Assembly: GCA_963848695.1 (NCBI GenBank)
Contig: CAWKEI010000010.1
Span: 85,679 to 149,678, forward strand
DNA length: 64,000 bases
Origin: an uncultured Acidobacteriota bacterium
GTDB taxonomy: Bacteria; Actinomycetota; Acidimicrobiia; Spongiisociales; ZC4RG35
Direction of reading: 5' to 3'
The translations under genes and the position numbers were made by a program. Positions 42,961 to 53,619 of this stretch are shown one piece after another. Position 1 is the stretch's first letter. Each line of letters opens with the position of its first letter. The notes beneath the pieces are model-generated. The model ran no database searches. It worked only from the letters and a program-made list of their open reading frames with translations, and was not told the origin of the DNA.

Positions 42961-43887
42961 CTACTTGTGGCCCTCCCACCCATCGAGGACTCGCATCGCT
43001 CTCAGCGTGTTCCATCGGCTCGGTTCACCGACCGTCTCCATCTCGAACCAGGTCTCTCCGGGCCAGCGTTGCTGGAGCGGCCATCGACCGCCGCCGTCCT
43101 CTTTTCGCATCACCACGTCGATTGCGTCGCCGAGACGAGGGTCGGCCAGGCTGCCCGCCGACCAGAAGTAGTCGAGCCCGCGCAGAAGGTCGTAATGCCA
43201 ACGGGGCGGGAAAGAGAAGCGGAGGTACCGCCCGTCGACCACTTCGCCGCTCCGATGGGAGCGGAACAACCGGTGTTGAAGGAAGAACTCCTGGCCCCGG
43301 GCTTCGGCCCCCTCGATCTCTTCCTGGCCCGAGGCGCCGGCGACGGCACATTGGCGCAGGGCCTCGAGGGCAGTGCAGGTGGTGTGGAACGACCCATGCG
43401 TCGACTCGTCGTCGCAGTTCCAGCCCCCGTCGTCGAGCTGCAGGCCGAGCACCTCCTCCAGATAGGGCTCTCGCAACCCGTCGTCCACCTCGAACCAATA
43501 GAGGAGGGCCAGCACCATTGCCGCGACGCAGGTGTCCCTGGTGAGCCGAATCCCGAGCCCTTCCTCGACGAATAGATGACAGGACTTGACGGCTCTCGGA
43601 TCGGAGCGGGCAAGTCCCATCTGTCTGAGCAGCACCATGGAATAGGTGGTCGAGATCCACTTCTTTCCGTAGAGCCGTTGCGTCCATCGGCCTTCGCCGT
43701 CCTGATGCTCGAGCAGCCTGGCCCCCCAGCCCTCGGCGGCGACGCGCTCTTGCTCCCGCTGCCACCCCGACCGGTTCGCCCCAGCTAGGTCACGCAGGGT
43801 CTGCCATCGGATGGACGGGTCACCGTCGAGCAGCCACTCGATCGTTGCGGCGCGATTCCGGGCAGCCACGGGCATGGATTGATTCAA
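42961..43887 (-). CDS. hypothetical protein with alpha/alpha-toroid-like repeats (Trp-rich, prenyltransferase/terpenoid cyclase-like)
   Basis: Repeated GW/WxxxGxW segments (DGEGRWTQ, DDGGWNC, DGGGRWP). Speculative fold call. Confidence 0.3.
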   Translation of the reverse strand: MNQSMPVAARNRAATIEWLLDGDPSIRWQTLRDLAGANRSGWQREQERVAAEGWGARLLEHQDGEGRWTQRLYGKKWISTTYSMVLLRQMGLARSDPRAVKSCHLFVEEGLGIRLTRDTCVAAMVLALLYWFEVDDGLREPYLEEVLGLQLDDGGWNCDDESTHGSFHTTCTALEALRQCAVAGASGQEEIEGAEARGQEFFLQHRLFRSHRSGEVVDGRYLRFSFPPRWHYDLLRGLDYFWSAGSLADPRLGDAIDVVMRKEDGGGRWPLQQRWPGETWFEMETVGEPSRWNTLRAMRVLDGWEGHK

Positions 43888-43950
43888 CCACCGGAGTCGG
43901 AATCGCGAATCGTTGGTTCCGCTCCGGCGGACACCAGTTAGCCTTCAGGG

Positions 43951-44865
43951 ATGGAACCGGCAAAGAAGATCTGGGTCGATGGTGACTTCGTCGATTGGGA
44001 CGATGCCACCGTCCATTTCCTGTCACACTCCCTTCAGTACGGAACCGGTGTCTTCGAAGGCATTCGCGCCTACAAGACACCCGAGGGAACCGCCGTATTC
44101 CGTCTCCACGATCACATGGTCCGCCTTGTCGCCTCGGCTCGGGCATACGGCCTCCCTATCGAGGAAACCGCCGAGGAGATGAACGAGGTCTGTCTCGAGC
44201 TGCTTCGGGTGAACGAGCTCGAGTCGGCCTACATCCGCCCCTTCGTGTTCTATGGATTGGGCGCATTCGGAATCAACCCGAAGTCGAGCCCGGTCCACAA
44301 CTACATGGCCGCCTTCTACCTGGGCAGCTATCTAGGTGAGGATGGGATGGAGAAGGGGATCACGACGATGGTGTCGAGCTGGCGCCGCATCTCGCACACC
44401 AGCTTCATCCCCACCGCCAAAGGCTCCGGTCAGTACCTGAACTCGGTCCTGGCCAAACAGGAGGCTCTGAGAGCCGGCTATGACGAGGCGATCATGCTCA
44501 ACGATGCAGGTCTCGTTTCAGAAGGCAGTGGCATGAACCTGTTCACCGTCAGCCGCGGAGTGGTCTTCACACCGCCGGTCTCGTCGGGGATCCTCGAGGG
44601 AATCACCCGCAACACTGTCATCGAATTGCTGACCGGCGAGGGTGTCGAAGTGGTTCAGAGCGATCTGGCCAGGGGCAGCCTGTACACCGCCGACGAGGTT
44701 TTCCTGACCGGGACCGCAGCGGAGGTGACTCCGGTGAGGGAGATCGATGGTCGCGTCATAGGCTCCGGTGAGCCGGGACCGATCACACGGAAGGCACAGG
44801 ACCTCTTCTCGGACCTGGTCGCAGCCAAAATTCCCGAGTATCGCCACTGGCTCAGCTTCGTCTGA
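43951..44865 (+). CDS. ilvE: branched-chain amino acid aminotransferase (class IV)
   Basis: FEGIRAY, catalytic Lys region TAKGSGQYLNS, EGSGMNLF and LTGTAAEVTPV motifs. Confidence 0.85.
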   Translation: MEPAKKIWVDGDFVDWDDATVHFLSHSLQYGTGVFEGIRAYKTPEGTAVFRLHDHMVRLVASARAYGLPIEETAEEMNEVCLELLRVNELESAYIRPFVFYGLGAFGINPKSSPVHNYMAAFYLGSYLGEDGMEKGITTMVSSWRRISHTSFIPTAKGSGQYLNSVLAKQEALRAGYDEAIMLNDAGLVSEGSGMNLFTVSRGVVFTPPVSSGILEGITRNTVIELLTGEGVEVVQSDLARGSLYTADEVFLTGTAAEVTPVREIDGRVIGSGEPGPITRKAQDLFSDLVAAKIPEYRHWLSFV

Positions 44866-45353
44866 TGGGCCAAGAGCCCAATATCGAACTGACCGAGGCG
44901 GAACGCCCCCGCACGGTTCTTCAACCCCCGCCGGCACGACGCTGGAAGCCGAGTATCAAACCGGGGATCCCGACCTCACCGGAAGAAGTTCCCAGCGGGG
45001 GCCGCTTCGGGCAGGTGACCCCCGACGGTGGATGGGCGTTGCGTCTGGTCAATGCCGTCGATTTGCCCGACGACGACCCGGACCTGAAGTCGGTGATCGC
45101 GGCTTTGACAATGGCCCGCGCCGGGGCGCTGGGACGTGGCCCGGTCCCCGAGGACATCGAAGTTGCCCTGGCGATCTGCGGCTACGGCTATGACGCCTCC
45201 GAAGAAGTGATCGAGCGGCGCGAGCGATGGAAGGCGGCGGTGCCCCATGAGGTCAGACCAGGGCAGACCGCGGTCGGTGAGGTCGATCGCCAGCTGATGG
45301 TGAAGAAGCCGAACGAGGTCAGGGGCGCCCTGGCTGCTTCAGGTTCGGGATAG
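44865..45353 (+). CDS. hypothetical protein
   Basis: 162-aa ORF starting exactly at the ilvE stop. No recognisable domain. Confidence 0.3.
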   Translation: MGQEPNIELTEAERPRTVLQPPPARRWKPSIKPGIPTSPEEVPSGGRFGQVTPDGGWALRLVNAVDLPDDDPDLKSVIAALTMARAGALGRGPVPEDIEVALAICGYGYDASEEVIERRERWKAAVPHEVRPGQTAVGEVDRQLMVKKPNEVRGALAASGSG

Positions 45354-45378
45354 CACCGCCACTAGCTTTCCCCTCCTC

Positions 45379-46143
45379 ATGAAGCTCGTCCGCATCAAAG
45401 CCGGAGACGACATCGCGTACGGCGTGGCCGACACCGAGGGCGTGCTCGTCTACCGGGGCTCGCCATTCGTCGCCTGGGAGCCGACCGAGACCGTGGTGCC
45501 ATGGGAATCCGCCCAGCTGTTGGCGCCGGTGCTCCCCTCCAAGGTGGTGGCGGTAGGCCGCAATTACGAGGATCATGCAGCCGAGCACGGGGCGGCGCTC
45601 CCTGAGGAGCCCCTGATCTTCCTCAAGCCGGCCACCTCGGTGGTCGGGCCGGACGCCAGCGTTGTTCACCCGGCCATCTCCGAGGATGTTCAACACGAGG
45701 CAGAGCTGGCCGCGGTGATCAGCCGCGTGGCCCGGCATGTCAAGGCCGAAGACGCCTCCGCCTATGTGCTCGGATACACCGCAGCCAACGACGTCACAGC
45801 CCGGGACCTGCAGGCGAAGGACGGTCAATGGTCGCGGGCCAAGGGCTTCGACACGTTTTGCCCATTGGGACCGGCCATCGAGACCGAGCTCGATCCTCTG
45901 GAGAAATTGGCCGTCATTTGCCGGGTGAACGGCGACGTTCGTCAGGCAGGCTTCACCTCGGACATGGTGTTCGGGGTCGCCGAGATCATCGAGTTCGTGA
46001 CCGAGGTCATGACTCTTTTGCCCGGTGACGTGATCATGACCGGCACACCCGCCGGGGTTAGCAAGGTGGTCCCGGGAGACGTCATGGAGGTGGAGATCGA
46101 CGGCATCGGCGTCCTGCAGAATCGCGTGGTCGCAGGACGATGA
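45379..46143 (+). CDS. fumarylacetoacetate hydrolase family protein
   Basis: [15 protein letters not shown]...EAELAAVI...[14 protein letters not shown]...GTPAGV pattern of FAH-family hydratases and isomerases. Confidence 0.8.
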   Translation: MKLVRIKAGDDIAYGVADTEGVLVYRGSPFVAWEPTETVVPWESAQLLAPVLPSKVVAVGRNYEDHAAEHGAALPEEPLIFLKPATSVVGPDASVVHPAISEDVQHEAELAAVISRVARHVKAEDASAYVLGYTAANDVTARDLQAKDGQWSRAKGFDTFCPLGPAIETELDPLEKLAVICRVNGDVRQAGFTSDMVFGVAEIIEFVTEVMTLLPGDVIMTGTPAGVSKVVPGDVMEVEIDGIGVLQNRVVAGR

Positions 46144-47567
46144 GTGTGCGCCTGCGGGTTGCACCCTCGCCCACCGGTCATCTCCACGTCGGGACCGCCC
46201 GGGCCGCACTCTTCAACTGGCTGTATGCACGGCATCAGGGCGGCACCTTCATCCTCCGGATCGACGACACCGATCGGGAGAGGTCGACGGACGCGTTCGA
46301 AGCGGACATCCTCGGTTCGCTTCGTTGGCTGGGGCTCGACTGGGACGAGGGAGTCGGCGTCGGTGGGCCGCATGGCGACTACCGCCAGTCCGGTCGACAT
46401 CAGCGCTATCAGCAGGCTGCAGCGTCGCTGGTCGAGTCGGGCGCCGCCTATTACGACGACCGGTCACCGGACGAGTTGGAGGCCCTCCGCCAGCAGGCCA
46501 CAGCGGAGCGAGCCCACCCCGGTCACTACATCAGACGCCCGGAGAGGCCAGCTTCGGAAGGCCCCATCAGGCTGTCGGTGCCCCAGGATCACCCGGTGGT
46601 GTTCGAGGACGTGGTCAGGGGGACGGTGAGCTTCGAGGCCCGTGATATCGACGACTTCGTGATCCTGCGGACCGACGGGAGCCCGACGTATCACCTGGCC
46701 TCGACGGTGGACGATGTCGATTATGAGATCACCCATGTCGCTCGTGGCGAGGACCTGCTCCCCTCGACTCCCAAGCACATCCTCCTCACGAGGGCGCTCG
46801 GGGCGACCGAACCGACTTACGCCCATCTCCCGCTTCTGTTCGGGACCGACGGCAAGAAGCTGTCCAAACGACATGGCGCCATCTCGCTCGTCAGCTATCG
46901 CGACCAGGGGTATCTGCCCGACGCTGTCTTCAACTACCTATCGCTGTTGGGCTGGTCTATCGACGGCGATCGGACCGTCTTCTCGCGGGACGAGGCCGTC
47001 GCCGCCTTCGATCTGGCCGATGTCTCCCGCAATCCGGCGATCTTCGACCCCGACAAGCTGGCTTGGCTCAACGGCGAGTACATCAGGGCAATGGACCCGG
47101 ACACCTTTCAGGAATCTGCGCTGCCACACGTCGAGGCGGCGGTGGGACGACCGCTCGACGCCGATGAGTGGGGGCGGTTCAGTTCAGTCGCCGGCTTGGT
47201 CCAGGAGCGAACCCGGCTGCTCCCCGAGGCTGGGGAGCAGGTCGTGTTCTTGTTCTCCGACTTCGATGAGTACGACCAGGCGGCGTGGGACAAAGTGATG
47301 ACCAAGGACGGGGTCACCGTGATCCTCACCACGGCGCGGGAAAGACTGAGCGAAGTCGACGTATGGAGCTCGGAGGACATCGAATCGGCGTTGCGGGGGA
47401 TGCTCGACCAATTGGAGATCGGAGCGGCCAAGGGCCTCCAGCCGCTCCGGGTGGCGGTGACCGGGTCCTCGGTCAGCCCGCCACTCTTCGAATCGCTGGC
47501 GGCCCTGGGCAAGGAGAAGACCCTGGAGCGTCTGGAGCGAGCCCAGCATCTGCTCACGGAGGGGTAG
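46140..47567 (+). CDS. gltX: glutamate--tRNA ligase
   Basis: Class I HIGH motif ([19 protein letters not shown]) and KMSKS-like KLSKRHG. 475 aa. Confidence 0.9.
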   Translation: MSVRLRVAPSPTGHLHVGTARAALFNWLYARHQGGTFILRIDDTDRERSTDAFEADILGSLRWLGLDWDEGVGVGGPHGDYRQSGRHQRYQQAAASLVESGAAYYDDRSPDELEALRQQATAERAHPGHYIRRPERPASEGPIRLSVPQDHPVVFEDVVRGTVSFEARDIDDFVILRTDGSPTYHLASTVDDVDYEITHVARGEDLLPSTPKHILLTRALGATEPTYAHLPLLFGTDGKKLSKRHGAISLVSYRDQGYLPDAVFNYLSLLGWSIDGDRTVFSRDEAVAAFDLADVSRNPAIFDPDKLAWLNGEYIRAMDPDTFQESALPHVEAAVGRPLDADEWGRFSSVAGLVQERTRLLPEAGEQVVFLFSDFDEYDQAAWDKVMTKDGVTVILTTARERLSEVDVWSSEDIESALRGMLDQLEIGAAKGLQPLRVAVTGSSVSPPLFESLAALGKEKTLERLERAQHLLTEG

Positions 47568-47602
47568 GCCCCCTTCGACGGGTAACCTGGCTCGATCCAC
47601 GA

Positions 47603-47675
47603 GGTCCCGTCGTCCAGTGGCCTAGGACGCCGGCCTTTCAAGCCGGAAACGCCGGTTCGAATCCGGTCGGGACTG
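47603..47675 (+). tRNA. tRNA-Glu (anticodon TTC)
   Basis: GGTCCCG/TCGTCCAGTGGCCTAGGACG/CCGGC-CTTTCAA-GCCGG/AAAC/GCCGGTTCGAATCCGGT/CGGGACT plus G. Lies 35 nt downstream of gltX. Confidence 0.85.
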
Positions 47676-47691
47676 CCCAGTTTCGCTCATG

Positions 47692-47721
47692 AACGGGGCC
47701 GGACGACCGTCCGGCCCCGTT
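47692..47721 (+). terminator. GC-rich hairpin downstream of tRNA-Glu (putative intrinsic terminator)
   Basis: AACGGGGCCGGACG-AC-CGTCCGGCCCCGTT is a perfect 14-bp inverted repeat followed by TCTCTCC. No clear U-tract, which is common in high-GC actinobacteria. Confidence 0.4.
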
Positions 47722-47849
47722 CTCTCCTCCGAATCACCAGAAACCGATCTTCGGCTTCAGGTGTCTTCTGTCCGGATGGCGCTGACGGTTGACAGATTTC
47801 AGGACGACAATCCATGTCATTTCCGTGTGGAGGCGGACATTAAGGATTG

Positions 47850-48416
47850 ATGGCAAAGGTTCCGTCAGAAGACGAGCGGAGGCACTTCGAGTCCCTGTAC
47901 AAGGAGTACTGCCTTCGGGTGCTCGCCTACTGCACCCGGCGAACAAACTCTTTCGATGCAGCTGATGTTTGTTCGGAGACTTTCCTGGTGGTTTGGCGCC
48001 GTCTGGACGAGATTCCCCCACCACCCGAAACCCTTCCCTACATCTACGGCATAGCTCGCAAGCGGCTCACGAATCAGATGAGGACCGCGGATCGTCGGTC
48101 TCGTTTGGAGGCCAAGCTGCACAACCTGGGTGTGGCCACGGTTCCCGACCCTTCCATCGTCGTTCTGCAGAGCGCCCGCAATCGGGAATTGGTGACCGCC
48201 TTGCGCAAGCTCAAGCAGAAGGATCGTGAAATCGTGATGCTCTGGCTGTGGGAGGAACTGCCCCATGCGGTTATCGCCCAAATGATGGGGATGACCAAGA
48301 CGGCCGTCGACCAACGAATCCACCGCTCCTATCGACGTCTGGCACGGATCCTCGATCCCGCTCTCGATTTACCGACACCGAATTCTCCTCCGGTTGCCGA
48401 GAAGGGAGGGACATGA
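47850..48416 (+). CDS. ECF-subfamily RNA polymerase sigma factor
   Basis: Sigma-70 region 2 (FESLYKEYCLRVLAYCTRR...DVCSETFLVVW) and region 4 HTH (ELPHAVIAQMMGMTKTAVDQRIHRSYRRL). Confidence 0.8.
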   Translation: MAKVPSEDERRHFESLYKEYCLRVLAYCTRRTNSFDAADVCSETFLVVWRRLDEIPPPPETLPYIYGIARKRLTNQMRTADRRSRLEAKLHNLGVATVPDPSIVVLQSARNRELVTALRKLKQKDREIVMLWLWEELPHAVIAQMMGMTKTAVDQRIHRSYRRLARILDPALDLPTPNSPPVAEKGGT

Positions 48417-48982
48417 CACCGGAACAGATCGAACGGCTGATCTGGGAGGCGAACCCGGTTCCCGACGTGAACGCGCTCGAACCATTGGACGTGTCTCTCC
48501 TTGTGCTCGAACCGCGAAGGAGGACGGACATGCCGAGCAACGACCGTGTGGAAACGGAACCGGGGACGCAGAAGAGACGTACCGGCACGCTGACCGGGGT
48601 GACCGCTGCCGCCTTGTTGGTGATTGGAGGACTGGTCGCGATCGGGCTGTTGAATCGGGAGCCGGTGGCAGCACCTACGACCACCGCTGTCACCACAACA
48701 ACTACCCCAGCGACCACTACAACAGATGCACCGACTACTACTGCACTGGCAGGCCCGAAGGAAGCCGAGATGTTCCCCGCAGGACAGGGTCCAGGCACCA
48801 CCCTGACATTGAGCCTGCCCGAGGGATGGAGGAATCTCGGCTGGGGCGTCTTGAGAGGCTCCACGCGAGTTCACAAGACGTCGTTGCAGGCGCCGTCCTA
48901 CCGACGGCGCCTGCGTCGGATAGGCCGCGTTAATAACGCGTTAGGACCCTCGTTCAGGGGCCACGGTCGCGCTAAGCAATAG
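48413..48982 (+). CDS. putative anti-sigma factor (single TM, Thr/Pro-rich extracytoplasmic segment)
   Basis: ATGA overlap with the sigma-factor stop. TM helix LTGVTAAALLVIGGLVAIGLL followed by a TTTAVTTTTTPATTTTDAPTTT low-complexity linker. Confidence 0.45.
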   Translation: MTPEQIERLIWEANPVPDVNALEPLDVSLLVLEPRRRTDMPSNDRVETEPGTQKRRTGTLTGVTAAALLVIGGLVAIGLLNREPVAAPTTTAVTTTTTPATTTTDAPTTTALAGPKEAEMFPAGQGPGTTLTLSLPEGWRNLGWGVLRGSTRVHKTSLQAPSYRRRLRRIGRVNNALGPSFRGHGRAKQ

Positions 48983-49086
48983 AAGAGCGCGCCGTTCGGT
49001 GGGCGGCGCGTCGTTTTGCGCGGCATGCCGGCCTTGGTTGAAGTCAGAGGTGAGGGATTCTGTCCCAAGTAAATCTCAAGCACAGG

Positions 49087-51348
49087 TTGTTCGGGAGACC
49101 GTTCGCCACTGACGAAGAGCACAATCAACTCCTTCCGAAGCGGCTGGCTCTTCCGGTATTCGCCTCCGACCCCTTGTCCTCGGTGGCCTACGCGACCGAA
49201 GAGGCGATGCTGGTATTGGCCCTCGCCGGGACTGCTGCGTTCGCACTGCTGACGCCGCTCTCGCTCGCTATTGCCGCTCTGCTGCTGATCGTTATCGTCT
49301 CCTACCGACAGACGATCAAGGCCTACCCGGATGGGGGCGGGGCCTTCATCGTCGCCAACGACAACATCGGCATCCGCACAGGTGCAGTGGCGGCTTCCGC
49401 GCTGTTGATCGACTACGTGTTGACGGTTTCTGTCTCGGTGGCTGCGGGTGTCGCCGCCATCACCTCGGCGGCGCCGGGCCTGATTCCCTGGCGGGTGGAA
49501 ATTGCACTCGGGTTCGTGGCTCTCTTGACCATCGCCAACCTGCGTGGTGTCAAGGAGGCTTCCACCCTGTTTGCCCTTCCCACGTATCTGTTCGTGGCCA
49601 CGGTCGGGACGATGCTGTTAGTGGGCTTCGCCAAGTGTCTCGATGGCGTTTGCCCCACCGCGATCTCGGCGGGTGCCGATCTGGAGGCGGAGGTGGGGGC
49701 GGTTGGCCTCTTCCTCATTCTGAGGGCCTTCGCATCCGGTTCGACCGCTCTCACTGGTGTCGAGGCTGTCGCCAATGGTGTCCAGGCATTCCGTGAGCCA
49801 AAGGCGCACAACGCCTCGGCAACGCTGGGAATCATGGGGGCGATATCGATCACGATGTTCCTCGGTATCTCGACACTGGCGCTGTGGTTCGACGTGCGGA
49901 TATCGGAGGACACGATCGACCAATACGGGACAGTGATCTCCCAGATCGGTCGAGCCGCCTTCGATGGCGGTATTGGTTTCTATATCTTGCAGGTATTCAC
50001 GGCCGCGATACTGATTCTCGCCGCCAATACCGCCTATCAAGACTTCCCCCGCCTTTCGGCGATTCTGGCCCGGCACAAGCTGGTCCCCCGTCAGTACCTG
50101 AACCGGGGTGACCGCCTGGTCTTCTCCAACGGGGTCATCACCCTTGCCCTGGTCGCCTCGGCGCTCCTCGTCGTTTTCAACGCCGAAGTCAGTCGGCTGA
50201 TTCAGCTCTATGTTGTCGGGGTCTTCACCGCCTTCACCCTGAGTCAAACCGGGATGGTGCTCCACTGGCTCAAGACGAGAGAGCAGGGGTGGAGAAGGTC
50301 GGTGGCGATCAACACGGTCGGCGCCATCACCACCGGGGTGGTGTTGATCGTTGTGGCCACGGTCAAGTTCGCCCACGGGGCATGGATCGTGATCCTGATG
50401 ATGCCGATCCTGGTCGGTCTGATGCTGAGCACACGCCAGCACTACCTGGGGGTGGCGGCACAGCTCAAACGGGTGCCGGTCGAGGCCGAGCCACGCCCGA
50501 CGAGGATCATCGTGCTCGTGGCTCACCACGACGAAGGAACCGACCGGGCTCTGCGTTATGCGGAGTTGGTCAATGCCGAAGCTGTCACATGTGTGCATGC
50601 CGAAGAGCCTGCGTCCGACGACCTGATCTACACATGGGATGCGGCGCATCCAGGGCACATCCTGGAGATCATCCCGGGGGAGAAGGATTCGATCTCGAGA
50701 CGGGTTGTGCGGCGGATTCGCCGGGAGCGGGACGACCACCCCGACGCGATCATCACGGCCATCCTCGCCGACCGGGTGCGCACCCGGTCGATCCTTGCAC
50801 CATTCGCTCACCGGCACAGCCTTGCCATCAAGTCTCGCTTGCTCTTCGAGCCGGGTGTCGCGGTGACCGACCTCAACGTCCCCGTGCGCTCACGACGCAG
50901 CAGGCTGCCCCGGGTGCCGACTCGCAAGATCGAACAGGTAGTGCTCGTCTCGGACATGACCCGCCCGATCAGGGAGGCCCTCACCTATGCCCAGAGCCTC
51001 GGGCAACCGGTCACCGCGATTCACCTCGACGTCGATCTCGCTCAGCGTGAGCGACTGGAGAGACAATGGGATGAAGCCGGGTACGAGTTTCCTCTCGTCA
51101 TCATTCCCAGCCCGTACCGGGGCATCGTCGGTCCGCTGGTGGGGTACTTACGTGAGAGAAGACGGGCCGCCAGCCCGGGAACCCTCATCTCTGCCGTGAT
51201 CCCCGAATTCGTGGTTCCAGGTCGGGTCACCCAACTCCTCCACAATCAGACCGGGCTCGCCATCAAAGGCATTCTCGCTGGAGAGCCCGGGATCGCGGTC
51301 ACGAGCGTTCCCTTCCATCTCCAGACCAACGGGGACCGCGGCGACTGA
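49087..51348 (+). CDS. APC-superfamily permease with about 300-aa C-terminal cytoplasmic domain
   Basis: About 12 TM helices with amino-acid/polyamine permease-like N-terminal signature. Long soluble C-terminal extension. Confidence 0.6.
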   Translation: MFGRPFATDEEHNQLLPKRLALPVFASDPLSSVAYATEEAMLVLALAGTAAFALLTPLSLAIAALLLIVIVSYRQTIKAYPDGGGAFIVANDNIGIRTGAVAASALLIDYVLTVSVSVAAGVAAITSAAPGLIPWRVEIALGFVALLTIANLRGVKEASTLFALPTYLFVATVGTMLLVGFAKCLDGVCPTAISAGADLEAEVGAVGLFLILRAFASGSTALTGVEAVANGVQAFREPKAHNASATLGIMGAISITMFLGISTLALWFDVRISEDTIDQYGTVISQIGRAAFDGGIGFYILQVFTAAILILAANTAYQDFPRLSAILARHKLVPRQYLNRGDRLVFSNGVITLALVASALLVVFNAEVSRLIQLYVVGVFTAFTLSQTGMVLHWLKTREQGWRRSVAINTVGAITTGVVLIVVATVKFAHGAWIVILMMPILVGLMLSTRQHYLGVAAQLKRVPVEAEPRPTRIIVLVAHHDEGTDRALRYAELVNAEAVTCVHAEEPASDDLIYTWDAAHPGHILEIIPGEKDSISRRVVRRIRRERDDHPDAIITAILADRVRTRSILAPFAHRHSLAIKSRLLFEPGVAVTDLNVPVRSRRSRLPRVPTRKIEQVVLVSDMTRPIREALTYAQSLGQPVTAIHLDVDLAQRERLERQWDEAGYEFPLVIIPSPYRGIVGPLVGYLRERRRAASPGTLISAVIPEFVVPGRVTQLLHNQTGLAIKGILAGEPGIAVTSVPFHLQTNGDRGD

Positions 51349-51379
51349 CCCAGAATCCCCACGGTCCGATCAGAAGACG

Positions 51380-51748
51380 TCAATGCTCCTGGTCACGACT
51401 CCGTTGGAGCTCCCGTCGCACCCGCAGGGCGCCGAGCTCGCTGGTGGCTATGCCGGCGATGAGGAGCAACACCGCTGTGACGATGTCATGGCGGTCAGTG
51501 ATGACGAGGCGCAGATAGGGCTCGGTGAAGAAGAAGTCGAACGAGAGTGCAGCGACGATCGCTGCCAGGATCCCGCCTTGTCGACCCCCGATGATGGCGA
51601 CGACCTGAACTCCGAGGAGCAGGATGATCGCGACGTTGGCGGCACCCAGGAAGTCACGCAGCGGGACCAAGAACATCGAAAAGACGAGAAGCGCCAGGGA
51701 ACCCAACGAGGCTCCCAACATCGACTGATCCGATGCCCTACTCGTCAT
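51380..51748 (-). CDS. DUF4118-like membrane domain protein
   Basis: Three to four TM helices similar to the KdpD-type sensor membrane module. No kinase domain. Confidence 0.4.
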   Translation of the reverse strand: MTSRASDQSMLGASLGSLALLVFSMFLVPLRDFLGAANVAIILLLGVQVVAIIGGRQGGILAAIVAALSFDFFFTEPYLRLVITDRHDIVTAVLLLIAGIATSELGALRVRRELQRSRDQEH

Positions 51749-51919
51749 CTGATGGACCGTATGCCCCTTCACGATGACGTCCACGGATCCTGACAGAGAA
51801 TTAGCGATGCGGCCGGGCATCTTGACGTGACGAGGGCAGATCCGTAGTCGCGTACGCAGGACCGGCATTCGCCCTGATTGTCGTTAGTCTCCGTCGCCGG
51901 TTGGCCCTCAGGAAGGCGC

Positions 51920-52447
51920 ATGTCGGCGGAGACCATCATCTTCTTCAACAACCTCTATGCCATCCTGACCCTGGTCGCCATCGCGGGGGCGATCGGCTTG
52001 TTGGTCTATCGAGTGGTGAAGGGCCCGGAGGCGGCCGTCCTTCTCGGCGACAAGGCAATATGGCTCGCCTTCGCCGTGGCGTTGGTCTGCACCGTGGGGT
52101 CTCTGATGTACTCCGAGGCCTTCCACTACGTGCCCTGCCGGCTGTGCTGGTTCCAGCGCATCGCCATGTACCCCCTATCGATCATCTTGCTGGTGGGAGC
52201 GATCCGCCGAGAGGCGGTGGTCAGGTATTACGCGCTTCCCATTGCCCTCATCGGTCTCGTCATCTCGATCTACCACAACTTCGTGCAGTTCTTCCCCAGT
52301 CTCGAGGGCGGGTCTTGTGACCCGGCCGTCCCCTGCTCGGCCCGCAGCATCGAGGTGTTCGGCTTCATGGACCTGCCGTTTATGGCCGGGGTCGGGTTTA
52401 TCGTTATCTCCGTCTTGCTCGCCTTCTACACGAAAGCTTCGGAATGA
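51920..52447 (+). CDS. dsbB: disulfide bond formation protein B (BdbC/DsbB family)
   Basis: Four TM helices. CRLCWFQRIAMYP first periplasmic Cys pair and a second pair GGSCDPAVPC. Confidence 0.6.
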   Translation: MSAETIIFFNNLYAILTLVAIAGAIGLLVYRVVKGPEAAVLLGDKAIWLAFAVALVCTVGSLMYSEAFHYVPCRLCWFQRIAMYPLSIILLVGAIRREAVVRYYALPIALIGLVISIYHNFVQFFPSLEGGSCDPAVPCSARSIEVFGFMDLPFMAGVGFIVISVLLAFYTKASE

Positions 52448-53100
52448 CACAGACCAAGAAGCCCAAGCCGGGGGCCAAGAACACCAGGAGCAATTCCACC
52501 CTGTGGTGGATCATCGGTGGCTTGGTCGGCCTCGGTTTGATCGTCGCCCTGGCCATGTCGATCGCCGGCGAAGAGCCGATCGATGCGAGCATCGGTTACG
52601 GCGATCCCACCGTCGAGGGCGACCCTCTGCCCGTCTACGCCGCCGGGCAAGACGATGTCGGCGTCGGTCTCACCGCCCCATCCGTGACGGGCGCCGACTG
52701 GAACGACAACGAGGTCACGATCGAGCCCGACGGGACACCGAAGATCATTGTGTTTCTCGCCCATTGGTGTCCTCACTGCCAGGCCGAGGTCCCGGTGATA
52801 CAGGACTGGGTCGATGCCGGCAATCTCCCGGACGACGTCGAGCTGGTCTCTGTGGCCACTTCCACGGACCGACTGCGCCCCAATTGGCCCCCGCAGACTT
52901 GGTTGGAGGAGGAAGGCTGGACCGCCCCGGTGATCATGGATGACCAGATCGGGACCGTCGCCGGCAACTACGGCATGGCAGGCACACCGTTCTACGTCGT
53001 CGTGGACGGGGAGAACCAGAACCTGGGCCGTGTGTCCGGAGAGATCGGGACCCAGGGCTTGGATGCCTTGGTCGCCCTCGCCCAGTCTGGGGGCCAGTAG
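52444..53100 (+). CDS. TlpA/ResA-like thioredoxin-fold thiol-disulfide oxidoreductase (membrane-anchored)
   Basis: N-terminal TM anchor then IIVFLAHWCPHCQAEVPVIQ (WCPHC active site). Confidence 0.75.
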   Translation: MTQTKKPKPGAKNTRSNSTLWWIIGGLVGLGLIVALAMSIAGEEPIDASIGYGDPTVEGDPLPVYAAGQDDVGVGLTAPSVTGADWNDNEVTIEPDGTPKIIVFLAHWCPHCQAEVPVIQDWVDAGNLPDDVELVSVATSTDRLRPNWPPQTWLEEEGWTAPVIMDDQIGTVAGNYGMAGTPFYVVVDGENQNLGRVSGEIGTQGLDALVALAQSGGQ

Positions 53101-53106
53101 AGCCCT

Positions 53107-53547
53107 TCAGGCCTCGAGCGACCTGATCTTCTCCAAGCGTCGCACATGACGATCCTCACGGGAGAAGCGCGCCTCGAGGAACGTCGTGACCAGCTCCTCG
53201 GCCAGGGCCTCGCCGATGACCCTCGACCCGAGGCTGATGATGTTGACGTCGTCGTGCTCCACCATCTGATGGGCCGTGTAGGTGTCGTGCGCCACCGATG
53301 CCCTGATCCCCTGGAGCTTGTTGGCAGCCACGGCGGCTCCAGCGCCCGAGCCGCAGATGAGGATGCCCCGGTCGGCGCGCCCGTCGAGCACCGCCTGCGC
53401 GACCGCCGCCGCGTAGTCGGGGTAGTCGACTGGTTCCGGCGAATGAGTGCCCAGGTCGTACACCGCGTGGCCCGACTCGGCCAGCCATGTGGACAGGTGT
53501 TCTTTCAAGGGGAAGCCGGCGTGATCGGCGCCGAGTGCGATTCTCAT
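53107..53547 (-). CDS. rpiB: ribose-5-phosphate isomerase B
   Basis: [16 protein letters not shown]...[16 protein letters not shown] is the RpiB/LacAB signature. 146 aa. Confidence 0.85.
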   Translation of the reverse strand: MRIALGADHAGFPLKEHLSTWLAESGHAVYDLGTHSPEPVDYPDYAAAVAQAVLDGRADRGILICGSGAGAAVAANKLQGIRASVAHDTYTAHQMVEHDDVNIISLGSRVIGEALAEELVTTFLEARFSREDRHVRRLEKIRSLEA

Positions 53548-53619
53548 CTCCGGCGGCAGGGTAGCCAGGGCGGCTATGCCTACATGGGGTTGGCCCCGCA
53601 CCTCACTACATTCGCCTGA

